Part shown: piece after piece, positions 15,246 through 24,038 of the stretch | Position numbering within the stretch: the stretch's first letter is position 1 | Layout: each line of letters begins with the position of its first letter | Made by a program: the position numbers and the translations under genes | Origin: Actinomycetota bacterium | GTDB lineage: Bacteria > Actinomycetota > Acidimicrobiia > IMCC26256 > VFJJ01 | Assembly: GCA_009886115.1 (NCBI GenBank) | Contig: VFJJ01000026.1 | Location: forward strand, 62,001-95,535 | Direction: 5' to 3' | DNA length: 33,535 nucleotides | Notes under the pieces: model-generated | What the model saw: only the letters and a program-made list of their open reading frames with translations | What the model was told of the DNA's origin: nothing | The model's database searches: none

Positions 15246-16994
15246 TCAGCTCGCGAGGAGCTGAGCCAGGTCGATCTCGACGGCGTCGAGGGCGGCGTCG
15301 GCGATGGACCGCTCGGACGCCACGATCTCCATATAGGCCTTGAGCTTGGGCTCGGTACCGCTCGGGCGGATCACGACCCGACCGCGGTCTTCCAAGGTCA
15401 CGATCAATCCGTCGGTGGGTGGGAGGTCGTCGACCCCGGGGAGCAGATCGACCCACATCACGACGCGGCGTCCTCCGAGGCTCGCCGGGGGGTTGGCCCG
15501 GAGGCGCTCCATACCCCGGGAGATGACGCTGAGCCCGTCGGGACCGCTCACCCGGAGCGTCCACGGACGGGTCACGTGCAGGCCATGCCGACGAGCGAGG
15601 TCGGCGAGCATCTCGGTGACCGATGAGCCCTGCGCCGAGAGCCCGGCGACGAGCTCGGCCATCACCAGCCCGGCGCTGAGGCCGTCCTTGTCGCGCACGG
15701 CGCCGCCGACGTCGTAGCCCAGGGCCTCCTCGTAGCCCAGCACGAAACGGTGATCGGGCCGGACGAGCGCCGCTGACTCGATCCACTTGAAGCCCGTGAG
15801 CGTGCGCGCGCTCACGGCCCCGTGGTGCTCGGCGATGCGTTCGACAAGGGTGCCCGAGGCCACCGTCGAGACCACGAGCCGGGGCCGCGTGTCACCCGAG
15901 GCGCCCGAGGCTCCCGAGGCTCCCGAGGCGCCGGCTCGTTGCAGCAGATGCTCGGCGAGCAGGGCTCCGGTCTCGTCGCCGGTGAGCGTTCGCCAGCCTG
16001 CGGGCGCGCTCGGGTCGGGGATGGCCACCGCCAGCCGGTCGGCGTCGGGGTCGTTGGCGATGATCACCTGGGCCTCGGTCTCACGAGCCAGCGCCATCGC
16101 CCGGTCGAGCGCTCCGGGCTCCTCCGGATTGGGAAAGGCGACCGTGGGAAAGTCGGGATCGGGGTCGAACTGCTCCTGCACCCGATGGGGCGGCGCGAAC
16201 CCGGCCTGGTCGAGCAGCGAGCAGAACGGCGCCCCACCCACGCCGTGCATGGCCGTGTACACCACCACGAGCCGGCGAGGGCCTCGCGGATCGACGAGCG
16301 CGAGCGCATCGTGCTCGTAGGCGGCGACGAGATCGTCGGGCACCGGCTCGACCGCGTCGGGGGCAGCTGGCAGGCCGCGAACGTTGTCGACGGCGACCAT
16401 GTGCGCAGCGATGCAGGCGTCGACGGGCGGACGGATCTGGGCGCCGTCGCCCCAATAGACCTTGTAGCCGTTGTCGGGCGCGGGATTGTGGCTCGCCGTC
16501 ACCATGATCCCGGCCGCCGTACCGAGTTGGCGTACGGCGTAGGCCAACCACGGCGTGGGGCCGATCGTCGGGAAGGCCATCACCCGCAGGCCGGCCCCGG
16601 CGATCACGGCTGCGCTGTCGGCTGCGAACTCGGCCGAGCCGTGCCGCGCGTCGCGTCCGATCACGACCCCCCGATCGGCGGCGTCGGAAACGGCATCGAG
16701 GAGATGGCGAGCCAGCCCGACCGCCGCCCGCCGCACGACAGCCCGGTTCATCCGGTTGGGGCCCGCGCCCACGATGCCCCGCAGCCCGGCGGTTCCGAAC
16801 TCCAGCAGGCCGCTGAACCGCTCGGCGAGCTCGGCGTCGGCTACTTCGGCGTCGGCTGCGCCGATGGCGAACGCTCCACGCTCCGGTTGCGCCTCGGCCC
16901 GAGCGACGAGGTCCTCGAGCTCGGCCCGGGTCGCCGGATCGGGATCGTCGGCGATCCAGGCGCGAACCCGGGCCGCGAGACGGCCGTCGATCAC
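15246..16994 (-). CDS. Phosphosugar mutase, alpha-D-phosphohexomutase superfamily, PGM2-type (phosphomannomutase/phosphopentomutase)
   Basis: GTG at 16994 overlaps the upstream TGA; 582 aa. FGTAGLRG, catalytic TASHNP, metal loop DPDADR, sugar loop GYEEALGY and phosphate loop RPSGTEPK. Confidence 0.93.
   Translation of the reverse strand: MIDGRLAARVRAWIADDPDPATRAELEDLVARAEAQPERGAFAIGAADAEVADAELAERFSGLLEFGTAGLRGIVGAGPNRMNRAVVRRAAVGLARHLLDAVSDAADRGVVIGRDARHGSAEFAADSAAVIAGAGLRVMAFPTIGPTPWLAYAVRQLGTAAGIMVTASHNPAPDNGYKVYWGDGAQIRPPVDACIAAHMVAVDNVRGLPAAPDAVEPVPDDLVAAYEHDALALVDPRGPRRLVVVYTAMHGVGGAPFCSLLDQAGFAPPHRVQEQFDPDPDFPTVAFPNPEEPGALDRAMALARETEAQVIIANDPDADRLAVAIPDPSAPAGWRTLTGDETGALLAEHLLQRAGASGASGASGASGDTRPRLVVSTVASGTLVERIAEHHGAVSARTLTGFKWIESAALVRPDHRFVLGYEEALGYDVGGAVRDKDGLSAGLVMAELVAGLSAQGSSVTEMLADLARRHGLHVTRPWTLRVSGPDGLSVISRGMERLRANPPASLGGRRVVMWVDLLPGVDDLPPTDGLIVTLEDRGRVVIRPSGTEPKLKAYMEIVASERSIADAALDAVEIDLAQLLAS
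15895..15930. repeat. In-frame 9-bp tandem repeat x4 (CCCGAGGC(G/T)) encoding ASG repeats in the mutase
   Basis: cccgaggcg cccgaggct cccgaggct cccgaggcg; the protein reads GASGASGASG. Confidence 0.85.
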
Positions 16995-18022
16995 CAGGCG
17001 AGCTCTCGACGAGCGAGGGCGCGGAGATCGACCGACGGGCGAGCCCCGAGGTGGGTGATGACCTCGGCCGCGGCCAACGAACCGAGCCGCGCGCACATGG
17101 TGAGGTCGGCGCCGTTGGTGTAGCCGTGGAGGAAACCCGCGGCGTAGAGGTCGCCGGCCCCGGTGGTGTCGACCTTGTGGTCGACCGGATGGGCGGGCAC
17201 GTCGATCACGCCGTCGTGGGTGACGATCACCGATCCCTCGGGCCCCCGGGTCAGCGCGGCGATCTTCACGTGTCCGCGTACCCGTTCGACGGCCGTGTCG
17301 AAGTCGTGCACCCGGTACAGCGAACAGATCTCGACCTCGTTGGCAAAGACGATCTCGATCCCGTCGTCCATGAGCTGCAGCCATTCCGGACGGTGACGCT
17401 CCACGCAGAACCCGTCGGACAGGCTGATGGCCACCTCCCGGCCGGCGTCGTGGGCGGTCGATGCGGCCTTCCAGTACGCCTGCTTGGCCTCGGGACGGTC
17501 GAAGAGGTAGCCCTCCATGTAGGTGACCTTCGCCCGGGCCACGAGCTCGGTGCGCACCTCGGCCGGACCGAACTCAGCCGAGACGCCGAGGCAGGTGTGC
17601 ATCGTGCGCTGGGCGTCGGGCGTGACGACGATGAGACAGCGTCCTGTGGGGGTCCCGTCGACCACAGGCGGATTGGGGAACTCGACACCCGCCGCCTTGA
17701 TGTCGTGCGTGAACACGTGTCCGAGCTGATCGGCCGAGACCTTGCCCAGATAGGCGACGCGAGAGCCGAACGACGCCAGCCCCACCATGGTGTTGGCCGC
17801 CGAGCCGCCCGAGATCTCGATGCCCGGTCCCATGGCCGCGTAGAGCGCCTCGGCCCGGTCGGTGTCGATGAGGGTCATCGAGCCCTTGGCCAGCTCCAGA
17901 TTGTGGATGAACGCGTCGGACTCGCTGCTCAACACGTCGACGAGAGCGTTGCCGATCCCGACGACGTCGTAGTCGGCTGTAGCGGCCGGCGGGGCCTGCT
18001 CGGCCGATCGGGGTTCGGTCAT
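16991..18022 (-). CDS. PfkB-family carbohydrate kinase, adenosine/inosine kinase-like
   Basis: ATG at 18022 overlaps the fbiC stop (ATGA); 343 aa. GIGNALVD, SGGSAANT, FANEVE and DTTGAGDLYAAGF. Confidence 0.9.
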   Translation of the reverse strand: MTEPRSAEQAPPAATADYDVVGIGNALVDVLSSESDAFIHNLELAKGSMTLIDTDRAEALYAAMGPGIEISGGSAANTMVGLASFGSRVAYLGKVSADQLGHVFTHDIKAAGVEFPNPPVVDGTPTGRCLIVVTPDAQRTMHTCLGVSAEFGPAEVRTELVARAKVTYMEGYLFDRPEAKQAYWKAASTAHDAGREVAISLSDGFCVERHRPEWLQLMDDGIEIVFANEVEICSLYRVHDFDTAVERVRGHVKIAALTRGPEGSVIVTHDGVIDVPAHPVDHKVDTTGAGDLYAAGFLHGYTNGADLTMCARLGSLAAAEVITHLGARPSVDLRALARRELAW

Positions 18023-20415
18023 GTGGGCGTTGGCACCTTGTGCTTGGCGACGAAGGTCACGGGGATGCGGGTGAGGTCGTCGAGGCTCAGCGACACCGAG
18101 GGACGGGCCACGGTCTCGACCCGACCGTAGAGCGTGGTGCGCTGCTCGAGGCGGCGGCCGATCGGTTCGCAGATGGCGCGGAACTGGTCCTCTTCCACGT
18201 ACTGACCGTGGTTGGCGCCGGCGGCGCGCGAGATGTTCTCGTCCATCAGGGTGCCGCCGAGGTCGTTGACCCCCGCGAGGAGCATCTGCTGCACGCCGTG
18301 CATCCCGAGCTTGACCCACGACGCCTGGATGTTGTCGATCACCCCGAAGAACGCGATCCGGGCCGTGGCATGCAGCGCCAGGGCTTCGCGAAACAGGGGA
18401 CCGGGACGCGACCGGCGCTGGAGGTAGATCGGCGTGGCCATGTGCACGAACGGCAAGGGCACGACCTCGGTGAAGCCCCCGGTCTCCTTCTGGAGATCAC
18501 GGGCCCGAACGAAATGCCGGGCGATGTGGATTGGATGCTCGACGTGGCCGAACATGATGGTGACGTTGGAGCGCAGGCCGACCCGGTGGGCTTGACGGTG
18601 GGCGTCGAGCCACTCCTCGGTGTTCACCTTGTCGGGGCAGATGATGGCCCTGACCTCGTCGTCGAGGATCTCGGCGGCCGTGCCCGGCAACGTCCCCAAC
18701 CCCAAGGCCTTCAGCCGGCTCAGGTACTCGCCGAGCGGAACGCCGAGACGGCGAGCCCCCTCGGTCACCTCGAGAGCGGTGAAGCCGTGGACGTGGATGT
18801 CGGGGGCGACGGTCTTGACCGCCTCGATCACCGACGCGTAGTAGTCGCCGTCGAAGTCGGGATGGATCCCGCCTTGCAGGCAGACCTCGGTGGCCCCCCG
18901 TTCGACGGCCTCGACCACCCGGCGCTGGATCTCGGAGTGGTCGAGCAGGTACGGAGCGCCGCGCAGGTTGAGCGAGAGCGGCCCTTTCGAGAACGCGCAG
19001 AACTTGCACTTGAACGTGCAGACGTTGGTGTAGTTGATGTTCCGGTTCCGTACGAACGTGACGACATCGCCGACGGCCTGGGTCCGAAGATCGTCGGCCA
19101 GCTCACACACGGCGTTCAGCTCCGGGCCCCGGGCGCTCAGGAGGGTGACGATCTCGTCGATGCCCACCTCCTGGCCGCTCCGCACGCCCGAGATCACCTC
19201 CTCGACCCGACCCCCGGGGAACGTCCGGGCCTGCCGGGCCCGCTCGAGCCGATCGACGGCTACCAGCGTCGGCGGCTCGTGGTCTTCGTCGCCGGCGGTC
19301 CACGTGTCGTCGCGGGCCAGTCCCTCGGCGTCGCTGCGGCCCATCACCGCGAAGCGCAGCCCGGCGTCGATCCAGGCCTCGGGCCGGCGCACGTACTCGG
19401 GGTAGATCGTGAGGCGCGGCACGAGCACCTTGCCCGCAGCGTCCGTGGCCGTAGCCAGGAGGTCGAGGCCGGGCCAGGGTCGCTCGGGATTCACATGGTC
19501 GGGCGTGACCGGTGAGACGCCACCCCAGTCGTCGATGCCCGCGGCCACGAGGGGCGCCAGATCGTCGGACAGGTTCGGCGGAGCCTGGAGATGCACCGCG
19601 TCGGGGAGCAGCAGGCGGGCCACGGCGATCGTCCAACGCAGCTCGTCGGCCGGGCACGCCTTGGCCCGGAACATGGTGGTCCCCGCCTTGGGCAGGAAGT
19701 TCTGGACGATCACTTCCTGCACGTGGCCGTGCCGGTGGTGCGATGCCGCGATCGCCAGCAACGCCTCGATGCGCTCCTGCCGAGTCTCGCCGATGCCCAC
19801 CAGGATGCCCGTGGTGAACGGGACAGCTGCCTCACCTGCGGCCTCCAGGGCAGCCAGACGGCGCTCGGGCGTCTTGTCGGGAGCACCCGCGTGGGGACCC
19901 CCGGGCTCGCCGAGGCGAGCGGCCAGGGTCTCGATCATCATCCCCTGGCTGGGGCTCACGGCGCGGAGGCGCTCGAACTGGGCTCGGGTGAGCGCCCCGG
20001 CGTTGGCGTGGGGCAGCAGCCCCGTCTCGTCGAGAACGGCCCGGGCCGCAGCCACGAGGTAGTCGACGGTGTCGGCGTACCCGTGCTCGGCCAGCCATGC
20101 TGCAGCGACGGGGTAGCGCTCCTCGGGAGCCTCGCCCAGTGTGAAGAGGGCTTCGTGGCAGCCCATCGCCTGACCGTGCCTGGCGATGTCGAGCACCTGG
20201 TCGATCGTGAGGTACGCAGCGTCGAGACGGGCGGGCGGCTTGGCGAACGTGCAGTAGCCGCAGCGGTCGCGACAGAGCATGGTGAGCGGTATGAACACCT
20301 TGGGGGAGTAGGTGATCCGGCTCCCGAACAGGCGGTCGCGCCGCTCTCCGGCCCTGGCGACGAGCTCGGCAAGGGGGGCGTCGAGCAGCCAGCGGGCCGC
20401 AGCGAGATCGTCCAT
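18019..20415 (-). CDS. fbiC: FO synthase (CofG-CofH fusion), F420 biosynthesis
   Basis: 798 aa with two radical-SAM clusters, CRDRCGYC and CTFKCKFC. ITYSPKVFIPLT, GIDDWGGVSP, RNINYTN, LPGTAAEILDD and NDLGGTLMDENISR. Confidence 0.96.
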   Translation of the reverse strand: MDDLAAARWLLDAPLAELVARAGERRDRLFGSRITYSPKVFIPLTMLCRDRCGYCTFAKPPARLDAAYLTIDQVLDIARHGQAMGCHEALFTLGEAPEERYPVAAAWLAEHGYADTVDYLVAAARAVLDETGLLPHANAGALTRAQFERLRAVSPSQGMMIETLAARLGEPGGPHAGAPDKTPERRLAALEAAGEAAVPFTTGILVGIGETRQERIEALLAIAASHHRHGHVQEVIVQNFLPKAGTTMFRAKACPADELRWTIAVARLLLPDAVHLQAPPNLSDDLAPLVAAGIDDWGGVSPVTPDHVNPERPWPGLDLLATATDAAGKVLVPRLTIYPEYVRRPEAWIDAGLRFAVMGRSDAEGLARDDTWTAGDEDHEPPTLVAVDRLERARQARTFPGGRVEEVISGVRSGQEVGIDEIVTLLSARGPELNAVCELADDLRTQAVGDVVTFVRNRNINYTNVCTFKCKFCAFSKGPLSLNLRGAPYLLDHSEIQRRVVEAVERGATEVCLQGGIHPDFDGDYYASVIEAVKTVAPDIHVHGFTALEVTEGARRLGVPLGEYLSRLKALGLGTLPGTAAEILDDEVRAIICPDKVNTEEWLDAHRQAHRVGLRSNVTIMFGHVEHPIHIARHFVRARDLQKETGGFTEVVPLPFVHMATPIYLQRRSRPGPLFREALALHATARIAFFGVIDNIQASWVKLGMHGVQQMLLAGVNDLGGTLMDENISRAAGANHGQYVEEDQFRAICEPIGRRLEQRTTLYGRVETVARPSVSLSLDDLTRIPVTFVAKHKVPTPT

Positions 20416-20422
20416 GGCGGCG

Positions 20423-20428
20423 AGGCTA
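20423..20428 (-). promoter_or_regulatory. Candidate -10 box (TAGCCT) of a leaderless fbiC transcript
   Basis: TANNNT hexamer 7 nt before ATG 20415; no Shine-Dalgarno sequence. Confidence 0.5.
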
Positions 20429-20476
20429 TTCGTTCCGCCGCCCGTCAGCAGATGCCACCCGCCGCGCGGGCCGCGA

Positions 20477-20659
20477 TCAGTCGTCGGTCAGGTCGTCCTC
20501 GGTGATCTCCATGTCCCACCGTTCGCGGCAGTCGGGGCAGCGGTAGGCCACGATGTCGCCGCCCTCGTACTCGTCGTCGGGCTTGATCTCATAGAGCAAG
20601 AAGCACTCGCCGCCGCATTCCATGCAGGCGATCGTCGCGGGCGGACGGGCGTTGGCCAC
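20477..20659 (-). CDS. Small acidic Zn-ribbon protein (CxxC...CxxC), unknown function
   Basis: 60 aa; GTG start with GGAGG RBS. CMECGG and CPDC, acidic C-terminus. Co-oriented directly after tal. Confidence 0.8.
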   Translation of the reverse strand: MANARPPATIACMECGGECFLLYEIKPDDEYEGGDIVAYRCPDCRERWDMEITEDDLTDD

Positions 20660-20674
20660 AGCCGGCCTCCTCGC

Positions 20675-21793
20675 TCAGCGGGCCCGCATCTCGTCGGCGC
20701 GCTTGGCGATGGTCTCGAGCACCTGGATGTGCGACGCCGAGAACGCCGCGACGCCTTCCTCCTCGATGACACGGGTGACGTCGTCGAAGTCGACGCCGGC
20801 TCCGGCCAGCCCGGCGATCTGCTCGGCTGCCTCGTCGACGTCGCGCATGATCGTGTCGCGCTGGGGATCGCCGTGGTCGTGCAGTGCCTCGATCGACGCA
20901 GGCGCCAGGGTGTTCACGGTGTCGGGACCGATGAGCTCGTCGACGTAGAGCGTGTCGGAGTAGGCCGGGTTCTTGGTCGAGGTCGAGGCCCACAGCGGTC
21001 GCTGTACCCGGGCGCCGGCCGCCGCGAGCGGCTCCCACCGCTCGCCCGAGAAGCGTTGCTGGAACAGGCGGTAGGCCAGCTTGGCGTTGGCGACCGCGGC
21101 GGTACCGCGCAGCGGATGCCCTTCCGGCAGCCGTCGATCGGCCTCGGTGTCGACCCGGCTCACGAAGAAGCTGGCGACCGACCCCAGCTTCGACGGATCG
21201 CCTCCCGCAGCGACGAGCCGCTCGAGCCCTCGCAGGTAGGCTTCGATCACCTCGCCGTAGCGGGCGAGACTGAAGATCAACGTGACGTTGACGCTGCGGC
21301 CTTCGGCGATGGCCTCCTCGATGACCGGCAGGCCTTCGGGGGTGGCCGGCACCTTGACCATGACCGTGGGGCGGTCGAGGCGTGTATGCAACTCGCGGAG
21401 CTGGCGAAGGGTGCCCGCCGTGTCACGGGCCAAGCGGGGATCGACCTCGATCGAGACGAAGCCGTCGCGACCGTCGAGCCGTTGGTGGATGGGCGCCAGC
21501 AGATCGGCAACCTGGGAGATGTCGCGGAGCACCATCTCCCAGTAGCACTCGTCGGTGCTGCGGCCCTCGGCGACGAGCTCGCGGAGCTGGGGGTCGTACT
21601 CGTCACCCGAGGAGATCGCCTTGTCGAAGATCGACGGGTTCGATGTGACGCCCCGGATGCCGTGGTCGTGGAGCAAGCGCGCCAGGTCGCCGTTGGTGAT
21701 GAGGAGGCGCCTGACGTTGTCGTACCACGGGCTCTGGCCGAAATCGTTGAGCCGGGCGATGGGGCTACCGGTCGAAGCGGTGCTGGAGGTCAT
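20675..21793 (-). CDS. tal: Transaldolase (mycobacterial/type 2 form)
   Basis: ATG at 21793 overlaps the tkt stop; 372 aa. GQSPWYD, GVTSNPSIF, VSIEVDP, VKVPAT, NVTLIFS, SVASFFVSRVD and QRPLWASTSTK. Confidence 0.96.
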   Translation of the reverse strand: MTSSTASTGSPIARLNDFGQSPWYDNVRRLLITNGDLARLLHDHGIRGVTSNPSIFDKAISSGDEYDPQLRELVAEGRSTDECYWEMVLRDISQVADLLAPIHQRLDGRDGFVSIEVDPRLARDTAGTLRQLRELHTRLDRPTVMVKVPATPEGLPVIEEAIAEGRSVNVTLIFSLARYGEVIEAYLRGLERLVAAGGDPSKLGSVASFFVSRVDTEADRRLPEGHPLRGTAAVANAKLAYRLFQQRFSGERWEPLAAAGARVQRPLWASTSTKNPAYSDTLYVDELIGPDTVNTLAPASIEALHDHGDPQRDTIMRDVDEAAEQIAGLAGAGVDFDDVTRVIEEEGVAAFSASHIQVLETIAKRADEMRAR

Positions 21794-23841
21794 TCGTCGT
21801 CCTCGTCTTCTTCGTCGTCGTCGTCGTCGTACTCGTCGTCTTCGTAGGCGGATTCCTGCATGAGCTGGCGGGCCCGCTCGGTCACGTTGGGCACGTTGAA
21901 GCCGAACTTCTCGAGCGCGATCGCGCCCGGAGCGGAGGCTCCGAAGGTGTCGATGGTGACGGCGTCGTCGGCCCAACGATCCCATCCGAAGCTGGTGCCG
22001 GCCTCGACCACCATCGTGAGAGCGTCGGAGGGCAGCACGTCCTCCTGGACGTCCTCGCTCTGAGCGCCGAAGAGCTCGCACGACGGCATCGAGACCACCC
22101 GCACCGAGTAGCCCTCCTCCTCGAGCTGCGCCGCGGCGGTGACGCACAGGCTCAGCTCGGAGCCCGTGCCGATCAGGATGAGGTCGAGGGCGGCCGGGTC
22201 GGACTCGGCTTCGAGCACGTACGCGCCCTGGGCCACTCCCACGTCGGCGTTGGCCTCTGTGCCTTCGAGGACCGGCAACGCCTGGCGGCTGAGGATGATC
22301 GCGGTCGGGCCGTCGCCTTCGAGATGCACCTTCCAGGCCGCTGCGGTCTCGTTGGCGTCAGCGGGACGGATCACCGTGAGATGGGGAATGGCGCGAAGGC
22401 TGGCCAGCTGTTCGACGGGCTGGTGGGTGGGGCCGTCCTCGCCGAGGCCGATGGAGTCGTGCGACCAGACGAAGGCCACCTTGGCCCGCGAGAGCGCAGC
22501 CAACCGTACGGCGGGCCGCATGTAGTCGGCGAAGACGAGGAACGTGCCTCCGAAGGGGATCGTGCCGCCGTGCAGCGCCATCCCGTTCATGATCGAGCCC
22601 ATGCCGTGTTCTCGTACCCCGAAGTGGAGTTGGTTACCCGTGAAATCGGTTCGGGTGATCGGGCGGGAGCCCTTGATGGCCGTCCCGGTGTTGCCGGTGA
22701 GGTCGGCGCCGCCGCCCACGAGACCGGGAACGTCGGGGAGGATCGCGGTGAGCACGTCGGAGGAGGCCGCACGTGTGGCGACCGACGCTCCGGGCTGCCA
22801 ACGGGGCAATCGGGCCATCCAGCCCGGACGGCCTCGGGCCGACCACGTCGTCGCCCAACGCTCGGCCCGCTCGGGATCGTCGCGTTCGAGGGCGCCGAGT
22901 CGCGCCTCCCACGCCTCGCGCAACGGCAGACCCCGGCGCCCGGCCGCCCGGTAGTACGCGCTCACGGCATCGGGCACGAAGAAGTGCTCGTCCTCGGGGA
23001 GCCCGAGGATCCGCTTGACGACGGCGACCTCGTCGGCGCCCAGCGGATCGCCGTGAGCCTTGGACGTGTCGGTGAACTTGGGGCTGGGCGTGCCGATGTG
23101 GCTGCGCAGGATCACCAGGCTCGGACGATCGTCAACCACCATGGCCCGCCGCAGCCCGGCTTCGATGGCTTCGAGGTCCTCAGCGACCTCGCCGAGCTGG
23201 ACGACGTTCCAGCCGTAGCCCTCGAAGCGGCGGGCGGCGTCGTCGCTCAGCGCTACCTCGGTCGGGCCGTCGATGGTGATGTGGTTGTCGTCGTAGATGG
23301 CGACGAGGCGTCCGAGGCCCAGATGGCCGGCCAGGCTGGCGGCCTCGTGGCTCACGCCTTCGGAGAGGTCGCCGTCGCCGCAGATCACGAAGATCCGGTG
23401 ATCGCACAGGTCGGCGCCGAACGTCTCACGGAGATGCCGCTCGGCGATGGCCATGCCCACGCCGTTGGCGAAGCCCTGACCCAGCGGACCGGTCGTGACC
23501 TCGACCCCGGCGGCATGACCACGCTCGGGATGGCCGGGCGTGCGCGACCCCCATTGGCGGAACGCCTTGATGTCGTCGAGGGTCAGCCCGAAGCCCGTGG
23601 TGTGCAAGAACCCGTAGAGCAACATCGAGGCGTGGCCGGCCGAGAGGATGAACCGGTCGCGGTCGGGCCAGTCGGGCGCGGTGGCGTCGTAGTTCATGAC
23701 CCGGGTGAAGAGCACGTGCGTGAGCGGCGCCAGGGCCATGGCCGTGCCCGGATGGCCGGAGTTGGCCTGCTGCACGGCGTCCATGGCCAACGCCCGGATC
23801 ACGTTGATGGCGCGGCCTTCAAGCTCGCCGGTCTCGCTCAC
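21790..23841 (-). CDS. tkt: Transketolase
   Basis: GTG at 23841; 683 aa. SGHPG, DRDRFILSAGH, TTGPLGQG, ThDP motif GDG...EG...N, FGVREH, EDGPTHQP and FGASAP. Acidic tail. Confidence 0.97.
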   Translation of the reverse strand: MSETGELEGRAINVIRALAMDAVQQANSGHPGTAMALAPLTHVLFTRVMNYDATAPDWPDRDRFILSAGHASMLLYGFLHTTGFGLTLDDIKAFRQWGSRTPGHPERGHAAGVEVTTGPLGQGFANGVGMAIAERHLRETFGADLCDHRIFVICGDGDLSEGVSHEAASLAGHLGLGRLVAIYDDNHITIDGPTEVALSDDAARRFEGYGWNVVQLGEVAEDLEAIEAGLRRAMVVDDRPSLVILRSHIGTPSPKFTDTSKAHGDPLGADEVAVVKRILGLPEDEHFFVPDAVSAYYRAAGRRGLPLREAWEARLGALERDDPERAERWATTWSARGRPGWMARLPRWQPGASVATRAASSDVLTAILPDVPGLVGGGADLTGNTGTAIKGSRPITRTDFTGNQLHFGVREHGMGSIMNGMALHGGTIPFGGTFLVFADYMRPAVRLAALSRAKVAFVWSHDSIGLGEDGPTHQPVEQLASLRAIPHLTVIRPADANETAAAWKVHLEGDGPTAIILSRQALPVLEGTEANADVGVAQGAYVLEAESDPAALDLILIGTGSELSLCVTAAAQLEEEGYSVRVVSMPSCELFGAQSEDVQEDVLPSDALTMVVEAGTSFGWDRWADDAVTIDTFGASAPGAIALEKFGFNVPNVTERARQLMQESAYEDDEYDDDDDEEDEDDE

Positions 23842-24038
23842 GATGCACCCTTCGTCGTCACTGCGTCTCTCGCGGGACGCTCCCCCAGTGTGGATCGTCC
23901 GGTCCTGCGCTCCAGAGCCTATGCGGCAGAGATGCTGGTCTCGCGCCCTCTGGGCGATCGTGCGCGTGCCCGCCTGCCGTCGATGGGCTCCCGCCGAAAT
24001 CGGGGCGGCGGCGAAGGCACCGGTAGCCTCTCGCGTCG

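Noticed and set aside
15246..20415. 5'-deoxyadenosine salvage pathway serving the radical-SAM FbiC
   Set aside because: Adenosine kinase and phosphopentomutase need a 5-hydroxyl that 5'-deoxy substrates lack. The isomerase and class II aldolase of the known salvage route are absent.
20477..20659. Bona fide lysW
   Set aside because: It lacks the C-terminal EDWGE, and there are no lysX/lysZ/lysY neighbours; kept only as fold-level resemblance.
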